A stretch of 64,000 nt of DNA from an uncultured Verrucomicrobiota bacterium. GTDB taxonomy: Bacteria > Verrucomicrobiota > Verrucomicrobiia > Palsa-1439 > CAZOTB01. The position numbers and the translations under genes are program-made. The notes beneath the pieces are model-generated. The model did not search any database. It was not told the DNA's origin and was given only the letters and a program-made list of their open reading frames with translations. Shown one piece after another: positions 45,423-54,861 of this stretch. The DNA lies in NCBI GenBank assembly GCA_964582645.1, contig CAZOTB010000006.1, positions 1,972 through 65,971 on the forward strand, given 5' to 3'. Positions within the stretch are counted from its first letter, which is position 1. Each line of letters starts with the position of its first letter.

Positions 45423-46346
45423 TTACGCGTCGCCGCCGGCGTGTTTCACCAGCGCCGCGATGGCGATGGAATGGATCTTCGTCTGCGCCGTCTCGGCCCG
45501 GGACAGCAGTATGATCGGCACCTTCGCGCCGACGATGATTCCGCCGCTCTCGCCTTTTGCAAAGTAGATGACGGCACGATAGAAAATGTTGGCCGCCTCG
45601 ATGTCGGGATGGAGAAATATGTCGGCGCTGGCCACGACCGGGCTCTTGATTCCCTTTCGGTCGGCGGCGAATTCACTCAGCGGCACGTCGAGCGCCAGCG
45701 GGCCCTCGATGTATGCGCCGGTAATCTGACCGCGCCGGTTCATCATCGTCAACGCGGCCGCGTCCACCGTCGCGGGCATGTCGGGGTTCACGAATTCGAG
45801 CGCGCACAACGGCACCAACTTCGGCTCGGCGATGCCGATGGCGTGGGCGACCTCGATGCAGTTCTTGGCGATCTCCGCCTTCTGCGCGAGCGTGGGCGCG
45901 ATGTTGATGGCGGCGTCGCTCATGATCATGAGTCGCTTGAAGCCCGGCACCTCAAAGACGACCACCTGGCAAAGGTGCCGACCCGTGCGCAGACCGGTTT
46001 CCTTGTCGAGGACGGTTTTGATCAACGTCGCCGTGCTGACTTTGCCCTTCATCAACAGATCGGCCTTGCCTTCGCGAACCAACCCGGTTGCCTTTTGCGC
46101 ACAGGCGGACGGATCGGTCTCGTGAATCAACTTCGAAGCGGGAATCTTGAGGCCCACCTTGTCGGCCAGGCTCTGGATTTTCGACTTGTCGCCGACGAAG
46201 ATGCCTTCTGCCAATCCCATCTCGCCCGCGAGCTTGATGCTTTCGATCACATCGGGGTCCTGTCCCACGGCGACGGCGATGCGCTGTTTGCCGAGTTGCC
46301 GGGCAGAATCTACCAGTTCCTTCAGCGACTTGAACGGCTGTTTCAT
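45423..46346 (-). CDS. ptb: Phosphate butyryltransferase / phosphate acetyltransferase family (PTA_PTB)
   Basis: 307 aa with characteristic DPDVIESIKLAGEMGLAEGIFVGD and SRAETAQTKIHSIAIAAL regions. No adjacent buk gene. Confidence 0.8.
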   Translation of the reverse strand: MKQPFKSLKELVDSARQLGKQRIAVAVGQDPDVIESIKLAGEMGLAEGIFVGDKSKIQSLADKVGLKIPASKLIHETDPSACAQKATGLVREGKADLLMKGKVSTATLIKTVLDKETGLRTGRHLCQVVVFEVPGFKRLMIMSDAAINIAPTLAQKAEIAKNCIEVAHAIGIAEPKLVPLCALEFVNPDMPATVDAAALTMMNRRGQITGAYIEGPLALDVPLSEFAADRKGIKSPVVASADIFLHPDIEAANIFYRAVIYFAKGESGGIIVGAKVPIILLSRAETAQTKIHSIAIAALVKHAGGDA

Positions 46347-46481
46347 AACGTGATGCCGAAAAACGCGGTGATGCTAGGAGACTGCGCCATTCACGTCAAC
46401 GGGATTCAGGATTCCGCGCGCTCAACGGTGCTGGCATCGGCACTGCTAAACGGGCTGAACCCAATCGAAAGGAAATTACTC

Positions 46482-47120
46482 ATGAAAATCAGATCAACGT
46501 CGTGTTTGTTCGCAGCAATGCTGGCGGTGTTTTACTTTTTCGTCGGACAACCTACCACGGGCCGCGCGGGCGGACTTCCCGTCGAGGTGCTCGAGCTCCA
46601 GACCTCGATGAAAGGAGCAGAACAGGAATACGATGGAGAAACACCGGTCATCGCCAAGGTCACCATCACCCCGGACATCCTGATCAACCTGGCTCTCGGA
46701 CGACCCATCGCAAATCCAGTTGGCGATACCGAGGTGCTGGGTTTCATCGTTTGCTGGGAAGGTCCTCCCGTGATCGTCGTGTATGATACCGAGTCCGAAG
46801 AAATCCTCGCCACCATCGCCGTCGGCGAGGCGATCTATGCGGCGGATTCACAATCGAAATCGGTGGTCCTGGTCGTGTTCGACATTCAGGAGACGGGAAA
46901 TGAGAACAACGGCCTCAGCGGCGGTTTCCTGATTCTGACCGGCGGCTCGACGAACGGCGAGGACGAGTGTCCCACGTCGGTTTTGGGCACGCTGGTCGGC
47001 GTGTTACAGGGCGTCACGACGGACGAATTCTCCACCGAGGAATTCGAGGTCATTATCAACAAAGGAAAACTCAGCGTGAAGGCGCCCCCCATCGGCGTCG
47101 TGATCGGTGGACCGCTCTAA
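46482..47120 (+). CDS. Small secreted hypothetical protein (212 aa)
   Basis: RBS aaaggaa followed by ATG 46482 and signal peptide MKIRSTSCLFAAMLAVFYFFVG. The track ORF 45441..47120 is over-extended because the upstream region lacks stops. Confidence 0.6.
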   Translation: MKIRSTSCLFAAMLAVFYFFVGQPTTGRAGGLPVEVLELQTSMKGAEQEYDGETPVIAKVTITPDILINLALGRPIANPVGDTEVLGFIVCWEGPPVIVVYDTESEEILATIAVGEAIYAADSQSKSVVLVVFDIQETGNENNGLSGGFLILTGGSTNGEDECPTSVLGTLVGVLQGVTTDEFSTEEFEVIINKGKLSVKAPPIGVVIGGPL

Positions 47121-47156
47121 GCGTGTTTGCGTTTCATCCTCCATTCATTGCGGACC

Positions 47157-47197
47157 GAAGAAACGCCGCCTTCGAAGGGCGGCGTTTCTGCTTTGGG
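47157..47197 (+). terminator. Rho-independent terminator candidate (10-bp stem aaacgccgcc/ggcggcgttt, 7-nt loop, followed by ctgctttggg)
   Basis: Perfect stem-loop at 47161..47187, 40 bp after the stop of 46482..47120. Confidence 0.5.
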
Positions 47198-47296
47198 AGC
47201 AACATTGTAGGAGCCGTTCCCCGAACAGCGAACGTGGAAGATCGCGATTCGGGGAACTGCTCCTGCGAGTGAAGTGCGGGCTTGGGCAAAAGGCAA

Positions 47297-47370
<74 letters not shown>

Positions 47371-47423
47371 ATCAACGGCGGCAGAATGGTAGATGGGGAA
47401 TGGGAAATGGTCAATCAGTTCCC

Positions 47424-47834
47424 TCACGTCACCGGCTTCTTCCAGATCGGCACGACCTGTTTGAGACGATCAATCAAATACTGCGCTGCCTGAAACGCCT
47501 CACCGCGATGACCGGAGACCACGCACACGTAGAGCGATGGCTCGCCCACCCGGATTACGCCAACGCGATGGACCACCTTGAGCGAGGAGATCGGGAACTT
47601 CGCGAGCGTCTCGTCCATGATCTTGTGGAACTGAAACTCCGCCATCTCGCGATACGCCTCATACTCGAGCGCGGTGATGGGTTGTCCAGACTCCATGTCG
47701 CGCACGACGCCGAGAAACTCGACCACCGCGCCGCAATCGGAGGGAATGGCGCGAGCGCGCACCAATTGTTGCTGGTCAATCGCCTCCGGAGTAATGACCA
47801 ATTCCTTCTTCATCCTTCCTTCTTCATCCTTCAT
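47424..47834 (-). CDS. moaE: Molybdopterin synthase catalytic subunit MoaE
   Basis: MoaE-like length and conserved C-terminal region. Possible alternative start at the second Met (47813). Confidence 0.85.
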   Translation of the reverse strand: MKDEEGRMKKELVITPEAIDQQQLVRARAIPSDCGAVVEFLGVVRDMESGQPITALEYEAYREMAEFQFHKIMDETLAKFPISSLKVVHRVGVIRVGEPSLYVCVVSGHRGEAFQAAQYLIDRLKQVVPIWKKPVT

Positions 47835-47844
47835 CCTTTTATCG

Positions 47845-48090
47845 TCACCCTCCCGCGACCGGCGGCATCAGCGAAATCTCATCGCCCTCGCTCACCAGTT
47901 CATCCGCGACGGCAAATTCCATCCCGCGCGCGACCAATGTGCTCTTGGCGTAGTTCCGCAGCACAGGGTACCGTGCCCGCGCCGCCTCCACCACGTCCCC
48001 CACCCTCGCGGCAGCCGGCAACTCCACTTCGAACCGCTCGATGCCGGTGACACGACGAAACTCGGCGAATAGCTGCACCGTCACCTTCAC
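47845..48090 (-). CDS. moaD: Molybdopterin synthase sulfur-carrier subunit MoaD (ThiS/MoaD fold)
   Basis: 81 aa ending in GG. Located immediately upstream of moaE. Confidence 0.85.
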   Translation of the reverse strand: MKVTVQLFAEFRRVTGIERFEVELPAAARVGDVVEAARARYPVLRNYAKSTLVARGMEFAVADELVSEGDEISLMPPVAGG

Positions 48091-48638
48091 TTCTTGTACA
48101 CGCCTTTCTTGAGCACCGCGAGATAGGGCAGGTTGCGATACAAGTCCGCGTAATCGAGTCCGTACCCGACCACGAAATCATCCGGGATCTCGAACCCGCG
48201 AAAGTCGGGCTTGATGTCCACTTTGCGCCGCGACGGTTTGTCGAGGAGCACGCACGTCTTCAAATCGAGCGGCCGCAACGCGCGGATCACGTCCGACAGA
48301 TACCTGAGCGTATGCCCCGTATCCAGGATGTCGTCCACGAGCAACACGTGCCGGTCCTGCACGCCCACGCGGAGTTGTTTCGTGATCGTGATCACGCCCG
48401 AGGATTTGGTCGAGTCGCCATAACTCGACGCCCCGATGCAATCGAGGTGCAATCGAATCGGCAGCAGGCGGATGAGGTCGGAGATGAACATGAGGCTTCC
48501 CGTGAGCACGCAGATGATGGTCAGCGGTTTTTCCCGGTACTCGATCAACACTTCGCCCGCCAGCCGATGCACCGCCTTCTCGATTTCCTCCGGCGTAAAA
48601 AGGATCCGTTCGATGTCATCCTCGAAGCGTTGGCTCAT
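48087..48638 (-). CDS. hpt: Hypoxanthine-guanine phosphoribosyltransferase
   Basis: PRPP-binding motif VLLVDDILDTGHTL, 183 aa. The stop overlaps the moaD start. Confidence 0.9.
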   Translation of the reverse strand: MSQRFEDDIERILFTPEEIEKAVHRLAGEVLIEYREKPLTIICVLTGSLMFISDLIRLLPIRLHLDCIGASSYGDSTKSSGVITITKQLRVGVQDRHVLLVDDILDTGHTLRYLSDVIRALRPLDLKTCVLLDKPSRRKVDIKPDFRGFEIPDDFVVGYGLDYADLYRNLPYLAVLKKGVYKK

Positions 48639-48926
48639 GGCGGGAAGAAGTTAACGCGATAGGCGCACTCAAAGCAACACTCACGCGACAGCCCTGTCTC
48701 CCGCGTTCGAGGTTGAACCGCCTCGCAGAGCGAATGGCAATGCTCGGAGGCTCACTTGGAGGGCGTCGCGGAGTATGCGCGCGATTTTGCCTCTGGGTTT
48801 GCGTCGAAAGACTCGACGTGCAATGCCGGGTGGTTCCATGATCTCGGTAAAGCGTTGAAGCTCGCGTCGCTGTCGGTCACGATCACGACATGGATGAAGT
48901 CCGCGTCCACGCTCACTATCCCCGGA

Positions 48927-50855
48927 CTATCGAACCGGCGCGTCCCCTTTCCCATCAATGAACGTCTGCAGCCAGAGTTCGAGTGTCACCAGCGCCCAGA
49001 TGCGGAGGCCGTAGTCTTCGCGGCCGGCAAGGTTGTCGTCCCAGATTTTGTTCACCATGGCCGGATCGAGAAAGCCTCGTTTCAGCAAGTGCGATTCTCC
49101 GATCAACTCGCGAATGCGCTCGCGGTACTCGTTGCGAATCCACGCGCGCACAGGGCCGCTGAATCCCGCCTTGCGTCGGCGCAGGATCGAGCGCGGCAGA
49201 ACCGGCTCGAGCGTCCGGCGCAGGATGTATTTCTGCTGCAGACCCTGCACCTTGAGCGTATCGGGGATTGAGAATGCGAGTTCGACGAACCGATGGTCGA
49301 GCATCGGAATGCGCACCTCAACCGAGCTGGCCATGCTGGCTTTGTCGGAGTAGGCGAGATTGAGAAAGGGCAGGAACGTCTTGAGATCGAGATAACAGAT
49401 GCGATTGAGGGGCGATAGCTTGGAAGCACGACGCAGGCAGCGCAGGTGCGTGCCATACAGTTCCTCGCGGCCCACGGCCTTTCCGAGCAACTGGCTCACC
49501 TCTTCGGGCGTGTAGTACGAACAGAAGCCGAGGTAGGAGTCCTCGAAGGCGAGGTCGGCGCTGCGGAGAAACTTTTTCAGGTTGCGCGTCGGCGCGTACA
49601 TGCGGGTGCGACTCGCGACGCTTTGCGTGGCAACATGGCCGCCCAGCAACCGACGCAGCTCGGCCGGCAATCCCCGATACTGCAATGCCAGTTTCGCCGC
49701 GAGGTGTCGCGGATAGCCGGCAAACAATTCCTCCCCGCCCACGCCCGCGAGCATCACCGTCGCCTTCTTGCGCGCCTCGCGACAGATGAGATAGGTCGAG
49801 ATGGCGGCGGGATCGGCGATTGGCTCGTCAAGATGCCACACCAGTTTCGGCCAGATGTCGAACCCGCCCGGGTCGAGGATGATCTCGTTGTAATCGAGCG
49901 GTTGGTTCAACTCCGCGGCAACGCGCGCGAACTTCACGTCGTCGGGAATGATGTCGAGCTTCAGGTCCTGCGAACGAAACCCGACCGTGTACGTGATGAT
50001 GGGAGTGGTGAGTTCGCGGCGCATCAACGTCAGGATCGCGCTCGAGTCCAGGCCGCCACTCAGGAAGGTCCCCACCGGCACATCGCTGACAAGGCGACGC
50101 TTGATGGAATTGCGCAGCAATGAGACGAGCTTTTTCTGATAGTTGGGCGTGGTGAGCGGCTCCTGCGGTTCGAGCGGCACATCCCACCACTCGCGGATTT
50201 CGACGTGGCCATCCTTCCATTTGAGCCAGTGCCCCGGCGGGAGCTTTGAGATGCCCCGAAAGAGCGTGTCGGGATCGGGCACCCAGAGGAAACTCAGGTA
50301 GCGGCTCAGATTTTCCGTGGCGAGTTCGCGTCGCACTCCCGGCAGTTGCAAAAGCGCCTTCGCTTCCGACGCGAACGCGATCCCGGCATCCGGCAGGCTT
50401 GCGTAGTACAACGGTTTCTCGCCGAGCCGGTCGCGAGCGAGGAACAGGGTGTGTTCCTGCTTGTCCCAGATGCCGAACGCAAACATGCCGTTGAATCGGT
50501 CCAGACACGACGCGCCCCATTGCCGGTAGGCGTACAACAACACCTCGGTGTCGCAGGTCGAGCGGAACTGAATCCCCCGAGCAGCGAGGACGTCACGGAC
50601 ATCCTGAAAGTTGTAGATCTCGCCGTTGAACACGATCCAGTAGCGCCCGCTGTCGTCCGACATGGGCTGATGTCCCGCGGCGGACAGATCGAGGATGCTC
50701 AGTCGCCGATGCCCGAACCAGACGTGGTAGTTCGCGTTGCGGAAATGCTCGACGCCGGCGTCATCCGGGCCGCGGTGCTGAAGCATCGACAACGCGGCAC
50801 GGAAGGTCTGCTCTTCCGTGTTGCTGCGTGTGATCCAACCGAGAATGCCGCACAT
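48927..50855 (-). CDS. asnB: Asparagine synthase (glutamine-hydrolysing) family amidotransferase
   Basis: N-terminal MCGILGW (Cys2 nucleophile), a GATase-2 domain and an Asn-synthase domain with SGGLDSS. Confidence 0.9.
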   Translation of the reverse strand: MCGILGWITRSNTEEQTFRAALSMLQHRGPDDAGVEHFRNANYHVWFGHRRLSILDLSAAGHQPMSDDSGRYWIVFNGEIYNFQDVRDVLAARGIQFRSTCDTEVLLYAYRQWGASCLDRFNGMFAFGIWDKQEHTLFLARDRLGEKPLYYASLPDAGIAFASEAKALLQLPGVRRELATENLSRYLSFLWVPDPDTLFRGISKLPPGHWLKWKDGHVEIREWWDVPLEPQEPLTTPNYQKKLVSLLRNSIKRRLVSDVPVGTFLSGGLDSSAILTLMRRELTTPIITYTVGFRSQDLKLDIIPDDVKFARVAAELNQPLDYNEIILDPGGFDIWPKLVWHLDEPIADPAAISTYLICREARKKATVMLAGVGGEELFAGYPRHLAAKLALQYRGLPAELRRLLGGHVATQSVASRTRMYAPTRNLKKFLRSADLAFEDSYLGFCSYYTPEEVSQLLGKAVGREELYGTHLRCLRRASKLSPLNRICYLDLKTFLPFLNLAYSDKASMASSVEVRIPMLDHRFVELAFSIPDTLKVQGLQQKYILRRTLEPVLPRSILRRRKAGFSGPVRAWIRNEYRERIRELIGESHLLKRGFLDPAMVNKIWDDNLAGREDYGLRIWALVTLELWLQTFIDGKGDAPVR

Positions 50856-50954
50856 GATTCAATTCTGACTCCAGAAAAGATTAGCCGGGAACGCAGGGGA
50901 CAGAAAGCGCAAAGATCGAAGGAGATGCCGGGTTCGGGACTATGTGGTCGCCGA

Positions 50955-52397
50955 TCATCCGGCAGCCTCGGCATCGGTCATCTGAAACTCGCGCGGACGC
51001 CGGGGCAGGTTGGCAATGAGAAATGTGAAGAACAGCACCGATGGCCACAATTGGAGGAGTAATCGCTCCATGACGGGCGGGAGCCACCGCTCGATCCCTG
51101 AACCCGCGTCTGCAGGGGCGACCAACGAGCACGCCACGATTCCGCCCCAGCTAAACAGCAGGAATACGCAGAACGCCATCACGTCCGTCCTGTCCGACTC
51201 GCCCACCACTTTTCCGCAAACGAGAATCAGCACCACCAGCACCGCGACGGCCCCCCCGCTGAAGGAGACGACGGTCTCGACGAAAGTCCGCACGATCAGG
51301 AGCAACCGGATCGGTTCGGCCAGGCTTTGAACAACCCCGCTCGGCTGTGGCGCGGCAAAGAGGAACTGGAGCTGCGGCAACCCGAGATTGAAGTGAAGCG
51401 CGACCAGAATCGGCGGCAGCAGACCGGCAGCCAGGCATAGCGCTTCGCGAATAAACGCCGTCCAACCATTTGCCGCCACCACCATGATCGCCCGCGCCAG
51501 CAGTAGTGCAAGCACAAGCCAGAAGCCGTCGTGTTTCGTCCACACCATGAAACCGGCGGCCAACCCGGCCAGCACGAGTAATCCCCGGCTGCTTTTCGCG
51601 CTGCATTGCCCCGAGAGATGCAACAGGATGAACACCGACAGCAGGAAGAAACCGACCGGCACATCCGCTTGTTGATACGCGCCGTGGCGGATCCACAGGG
51701 TGGTCCCCAGGAGAAAGACGCAGGCCAGCACGCCGCGGATCTCGCCTCGGAGCAGATACAGCGCGGTGACGAGCAATCCCGCGGCGCCGAACGTGAAGAA
51801 CATCGCCAGCAGCGACGGCGCCCATTGGGTTTCCTTCCCCACGCAATGCCAGACGCGCGCGATCGAACACGGGAGCAGCATCGGCGATGAAGCACTCTCC
51901 AGGAGCGGACTGAATACGTTCTGCCAATGTTGGCCTCCCCGGTAGAGGAACGCAGCGCGCAAGTTCCAGTTGCCCAGTGCCTCCCAACCACCGCTCGAAT
52001 GGTTGATGGTCCAAAAAGCGAAATTGATCACCGCCAGCGAAAGGACGAAACAAAGCCCGCCCCACAGCAGATGCGAAAGCAGCGAGCGGGGTTCGACGGG
52101 ATACCGAAACGGGCTGTCGGTGGCAGGCGTTCGCACCACGAGTCGCCACACGAGAAAGACCGACACGATCACGGTCAGCGCGATCTCCACGAGCAGGAAC
52201 ATCGGCCTCCATGATCCGGCGACCTCGAGATACAGGAGCAGAATCATCGAGGAAAATCCCAATGCCAGGCCAAGCGCCAGGATCACCTTGAACGGAAACG
52301 GCGGTTGAAAGGAGTTCTCCTTCGGCCACAGAATCCATACGAGCAGCAGCGAGGGAAGCAGCGGAAGCAAGACCCAGAGTATGCCGAGGAGGATCAT
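50955..52397 (-). CDS. Polytopic integral membrane protein (at least 10 TM helices); possibly an exosortase-like or GT-C-type glycosyltransferase
   Basis: 480 aa, highly hydrophobic. Adjacent to the asnB-like amidotransferase, an arrangement seen in exosortase/EPS loci. No catalytic motif was verified. Confidence 0.7.
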   Translation of the reverse strand: MILLGILWVLLPLLPSLLLVWILWPKENSFQPPFPFKVILALGLALGFSSMILLLYLEVAGSWRPMFLLVEIALTVIVSVFLVWRLVVRTPATDSPFRYPVEPRSLLSHLLWGGLCFVLSLAVINFAFWTINHSSGGWEALGNWNLRAAFLYRGGQHWQNVFSPLLESASSPMLLPCSIARVWHCVGKETQWAPSLLAMFFTFGAAGLLVTALYLLRGEIRGVLACVFLLGTTLWIRHGAYQQADVPVGFFLLSVFILLHLSGQCSAKSSRGLLVLAGLAAGFMVWTKHDGFWLVLALLLARAIMVVAANGWTAFIREALCLAAGLLPPILVALHFNLGLPQLQFLFAAPQPSGVVQSLAEPIRLLLIVRTFVETVVSFSGGAVAVLVVLILVCGKVVGESDRTDVMAFCVFLLFSWGGIVACSLVAPADAGSGIERWLPPVMERLLLQLWPSVLFFTFLIANLPRRPREFQMTDAEAAG

Positions 52398-52825
52398 TTG
52401 GTGCGTGCGCGAAACAACGCGACCCCATTTCCGTAATCGGAAACGAGTGCCCGCACCGCGTTCGTGGCAAGCTCGGGCGGGATTGTTCCCGATTTGAAGT
52501 TCCCGACGGCGATGGGCGGTTTCTGGCCGCGAGTCAACACCACGGGTGCGAGCACGTACTGCGTAAACGCGAAATGGGAGGCAGAACCGGTATCCGAAAC
52601 GTACCCAACCACACGTTTGGGATCCAGCTCGGCCCGGATCTTTGCGAAGCGGCGTTTGTACTTCGCGAGTTCATTCCATGGGTCGTAATACGCGATCTCG
52701 CTCTCCGGGTACGGGCTGGAGTACCGTTTCGCCTCCCGCCCGAACAGGATCAGGTTGGAAACCAGCGCGAACGAACCCACCAGAAAAATGGCCAGGACGC
52801 GACGGACGGGCAGATCAAGTTTCAT
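52394..52825 (-). CDS. Small membrane-anchored hypothetical protein (143 aa)
   Basis: N-terminal TM helix. The stop overlaps the downstream membrane-protein start (4 bp). Confidence 0.55.
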   Translation of the reverse strand: MKLDLPVRRVLAIFLVGSFALVSNLILFGREAKRYSSPYPESEIAYYDPWNELAKYKRRFAKIRAELDPKRVVGYVSDTGSASHFAFTQYVLAPVVLTRGQKPPIAVGNFKSGTIPPELATNAVRALVSDYGNGVALFRARTK

Positions 52826-52904
52826 GACGCGGCGGCGAGCATAGCTGGTGTGCGCCGGTCGTCAAAGCTGTTTCCGATCATCCACCCGCGCAAGAATGGA
52901 GTGA

Positions 52905-53774
52905 TCAATGTCCCCGCCCCATCAGTCCACGGAACTGGCTCGGGGACTTGCCGGTGACCTGCTTGAAGCGGCGCGAAAAATGAAACTCGTCGCAGAACCC
53001 CAGTGCGGCGGCGATCTCGCGGTTGCTCAACTTCCCTTCATGGACCATCTCACACGCGCGATCCATCACACGGGCCATGCGATACTGACCGGGTGAGGCG
53101 CCGGCAAGCTTGAGAAATCGCTTCCGAAACGTCTCGTACGACATCGTCATCCGCTTGGCCACGGTCTGGAAGTACATCGGCTGTTCTAGATCCGCTTCCA
53201 GGAACGCGCATGCGCGAGCCAGCCACTCAGTGTCGCCTTCCGCCGCCGGATCACGTCGGTCGCCCTGCAACACGTCGGCGAGAACCTGCTGCAATTTGCA
53301 GAGTTGGGCGAGAGATTGTTTCTCATCCAGAGGCACGCGCCCGGCTACCACCTCCTCGAAACGGCGAACCCAGTAATCCACCGGCTCGACATGATGGATC
53401 GGTTTCGACGGATCAATGAGTCGCCGCTTGCGCCACAATTCGATCATCGGGCCTTCAAAGACGATCCAGAACTCCTCCCAGGAACGGTCCGGGCTCGCGC
53501 CGTAGCGATGCGGGTGATCGGGAAACACGATGATGGCGTCGCCCGGTCGCAGCTCCTGGTGAAGCCCGCGTGCGTCATGATACTGCCCGAGTCCATCCAA
53601 CGTGTACACGATGGCAAAGCTTCCCAAAATCCGCATTGGCATCAGAGGCGTGCCTGCCTTCACCTGGCTGTGGCCCGCCTGCGTGATGCGTCCCAATGGG
53701 CTCTTTGCCGCGTTTTGAAAGACAAGCCCGCTTCGCTTTCCCTTCTGCATTACATCCCAAATCGTACATGCCAT
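52905..53774 (-). CDS. AraC-family transcriptional regulator (cupin-like N-terminus, AraC HTH C-terminus)
   Basis: C-terminal AraC signature ...LSNREIAAALGFCDEFHFSRRFKQVTGKSPSQFR. Divergent from the oxygenase at 53825. Confidence 0.85.
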   Translation of the reverse strand: MACTIWDVMQKGKRSGLVFQNAAKSPLGRITQAGHSQVKAGTPLMPMRILGSFAIVYTLDGLGQYHDARGLHQELRPGDAIIVFPDHPHRYGASPDRSWEEFWIVFEGPMIELWRKRRLIDPSKPIHHVEPVDYWVRRFEEVVAGRVPLDEKQSLAQLCKLQQVLADVLQGDRRDPAAEGDTEWLARACAFLEADLEQPMYFQTVAKRMTMSYETFRKRFLKLAGASPGQYRMARVMDRACEMVHEGKLSNREIAAALGFCDEFHFSRRFKQVTGKSPSQFRGLMGRGH

Positions 53775-53824
53775 TTACCAAGTTTGCCATTCCCTTTTCA
53801 CAGTGTGTGTGGAATGTTGGCCGC

Positions 53825-54751
53825 ATGAGCACGTTACAAGCAGTGGAACTTTCGGCACGCGGATTCAAACTGGACACATCGGAAAGCGCATTCGGAGAGC
53901 TGCGCAGTTCGATGGACATCATCGAGGATGCCGATGCGTTGCGCGAGCGGATGCGCCAGGATGGCTATCTCTACCTGGCGGACTACCTGGATCGTGACGA
54001 AGTCATGGAAGCGCGGCGCGTAATCACGAACCGCCTCTGGGAGAAAGGAATCTTGGACCCGGCTCGCGATCCAATGGACGCAATCCGAAAGCCGGGCATC
54101 GAGATGGGCTGGATGCCCGAGTTAGCGAAGGACAATCCCGCCCTGGAGAAGCTGCTGTATTCCGGGAGGATGATGAAGTTTTACGAGCATTTTCTTGGCG
54201 GCCCCGTGCGACATTTCGACTACACGTGGTTTCGCGCGGTGTGTCGCGGCCCGCAGCATACCACGGCGCCGCATTGTGACATCGTCTATATGGGACGCGG
54301 CACAAAACAACTTTACACCGCCTGGACGCCGATCGGCGACGTGACGCTCGAGATGGGCGGCTTGATGATTCTCGAAGGATCGAACCGCAAGGCAGACAAA
54401 CTCAGGAACTATCTCGAACGCGACGTGGACACCTATTGCATCAATGGTCGTCACGCCCATGACATCGAATCGGGCAAGAAGACATGGGAATGGCCGGGTT
54501 GGCTTTCGCCGAATCCGGTATCGCTGCGCGAGAAGCTCGGGGGTCGTTGGCTCACCACCGAGTACGGCGCAGGCGACTTGCTGACCTTCTCCATGGCCAC
54601 CGTGCACGCCGCGCTCGACAACCACACGAACCGGATTCGTCTTTCCTCCGACTCGCGTTACCAACTCGCCTCCGAGCCCGCGGACGAACGCTGGATCGGC
54701 GAGAACCCGGCACGACACGGTCGCGCAGCGAAGCGTGGACGGATTTGTTGA
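53825..54751 (+). CDS. PhyH-family Fe(II)/2OG-dependent oxygenase (ectoine-hydroxylase-like)
   Basis: HCDIVYM HxD motif and a distal His in TVHAALDN. ATG at 53825, 50 bp from the AraC start. Confidence 0.8.
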   Translation: MSTLQAVELSARGFKLDTSESAFGELRSSMDIIEDADALRERMRQDGYLYLADYLDRDEVMEARRVITNRLWEKGILDPARDPMDAIRKPGIEMGWMPELAKDNPALEKLLYSGRMMKFYEHFLGGPVRHFDYTWFRAVCRGPQHTTAPHCDIVYMGRGTKQLYTAWTPIGDVTLEMGGLMILEGSNRKADKLRNYLERDVDTYCINGRHAHDIESGKKTWEWPGWLSPNPVSLREKLGGRWLTTEYGAGDLLTFSMATVHAALDNHTNRIRLSSDSRYQLASEPADERWIGENPARHGRAAKRGRIC

Positions 54752-54861
54752 ACGGCGCCTCACCCGATTTCCACCCGCCGCGCGCCTCGCCCGCCGAAAT
54801 CTTTTGCGGTCCCGCCTGTCTGCCTTACAATCCCGTCCATGCCCACGGAGAATGACGTTCC

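Noticed and set aside
45441-47120. 559-aa plus-strand ORF
   Set aside because: Only the last 212 codons (from ATG 46482, with RBS and signal peptide) look genuine. The upstream 1 kb is the antisense of ptb and merely lacks stops.
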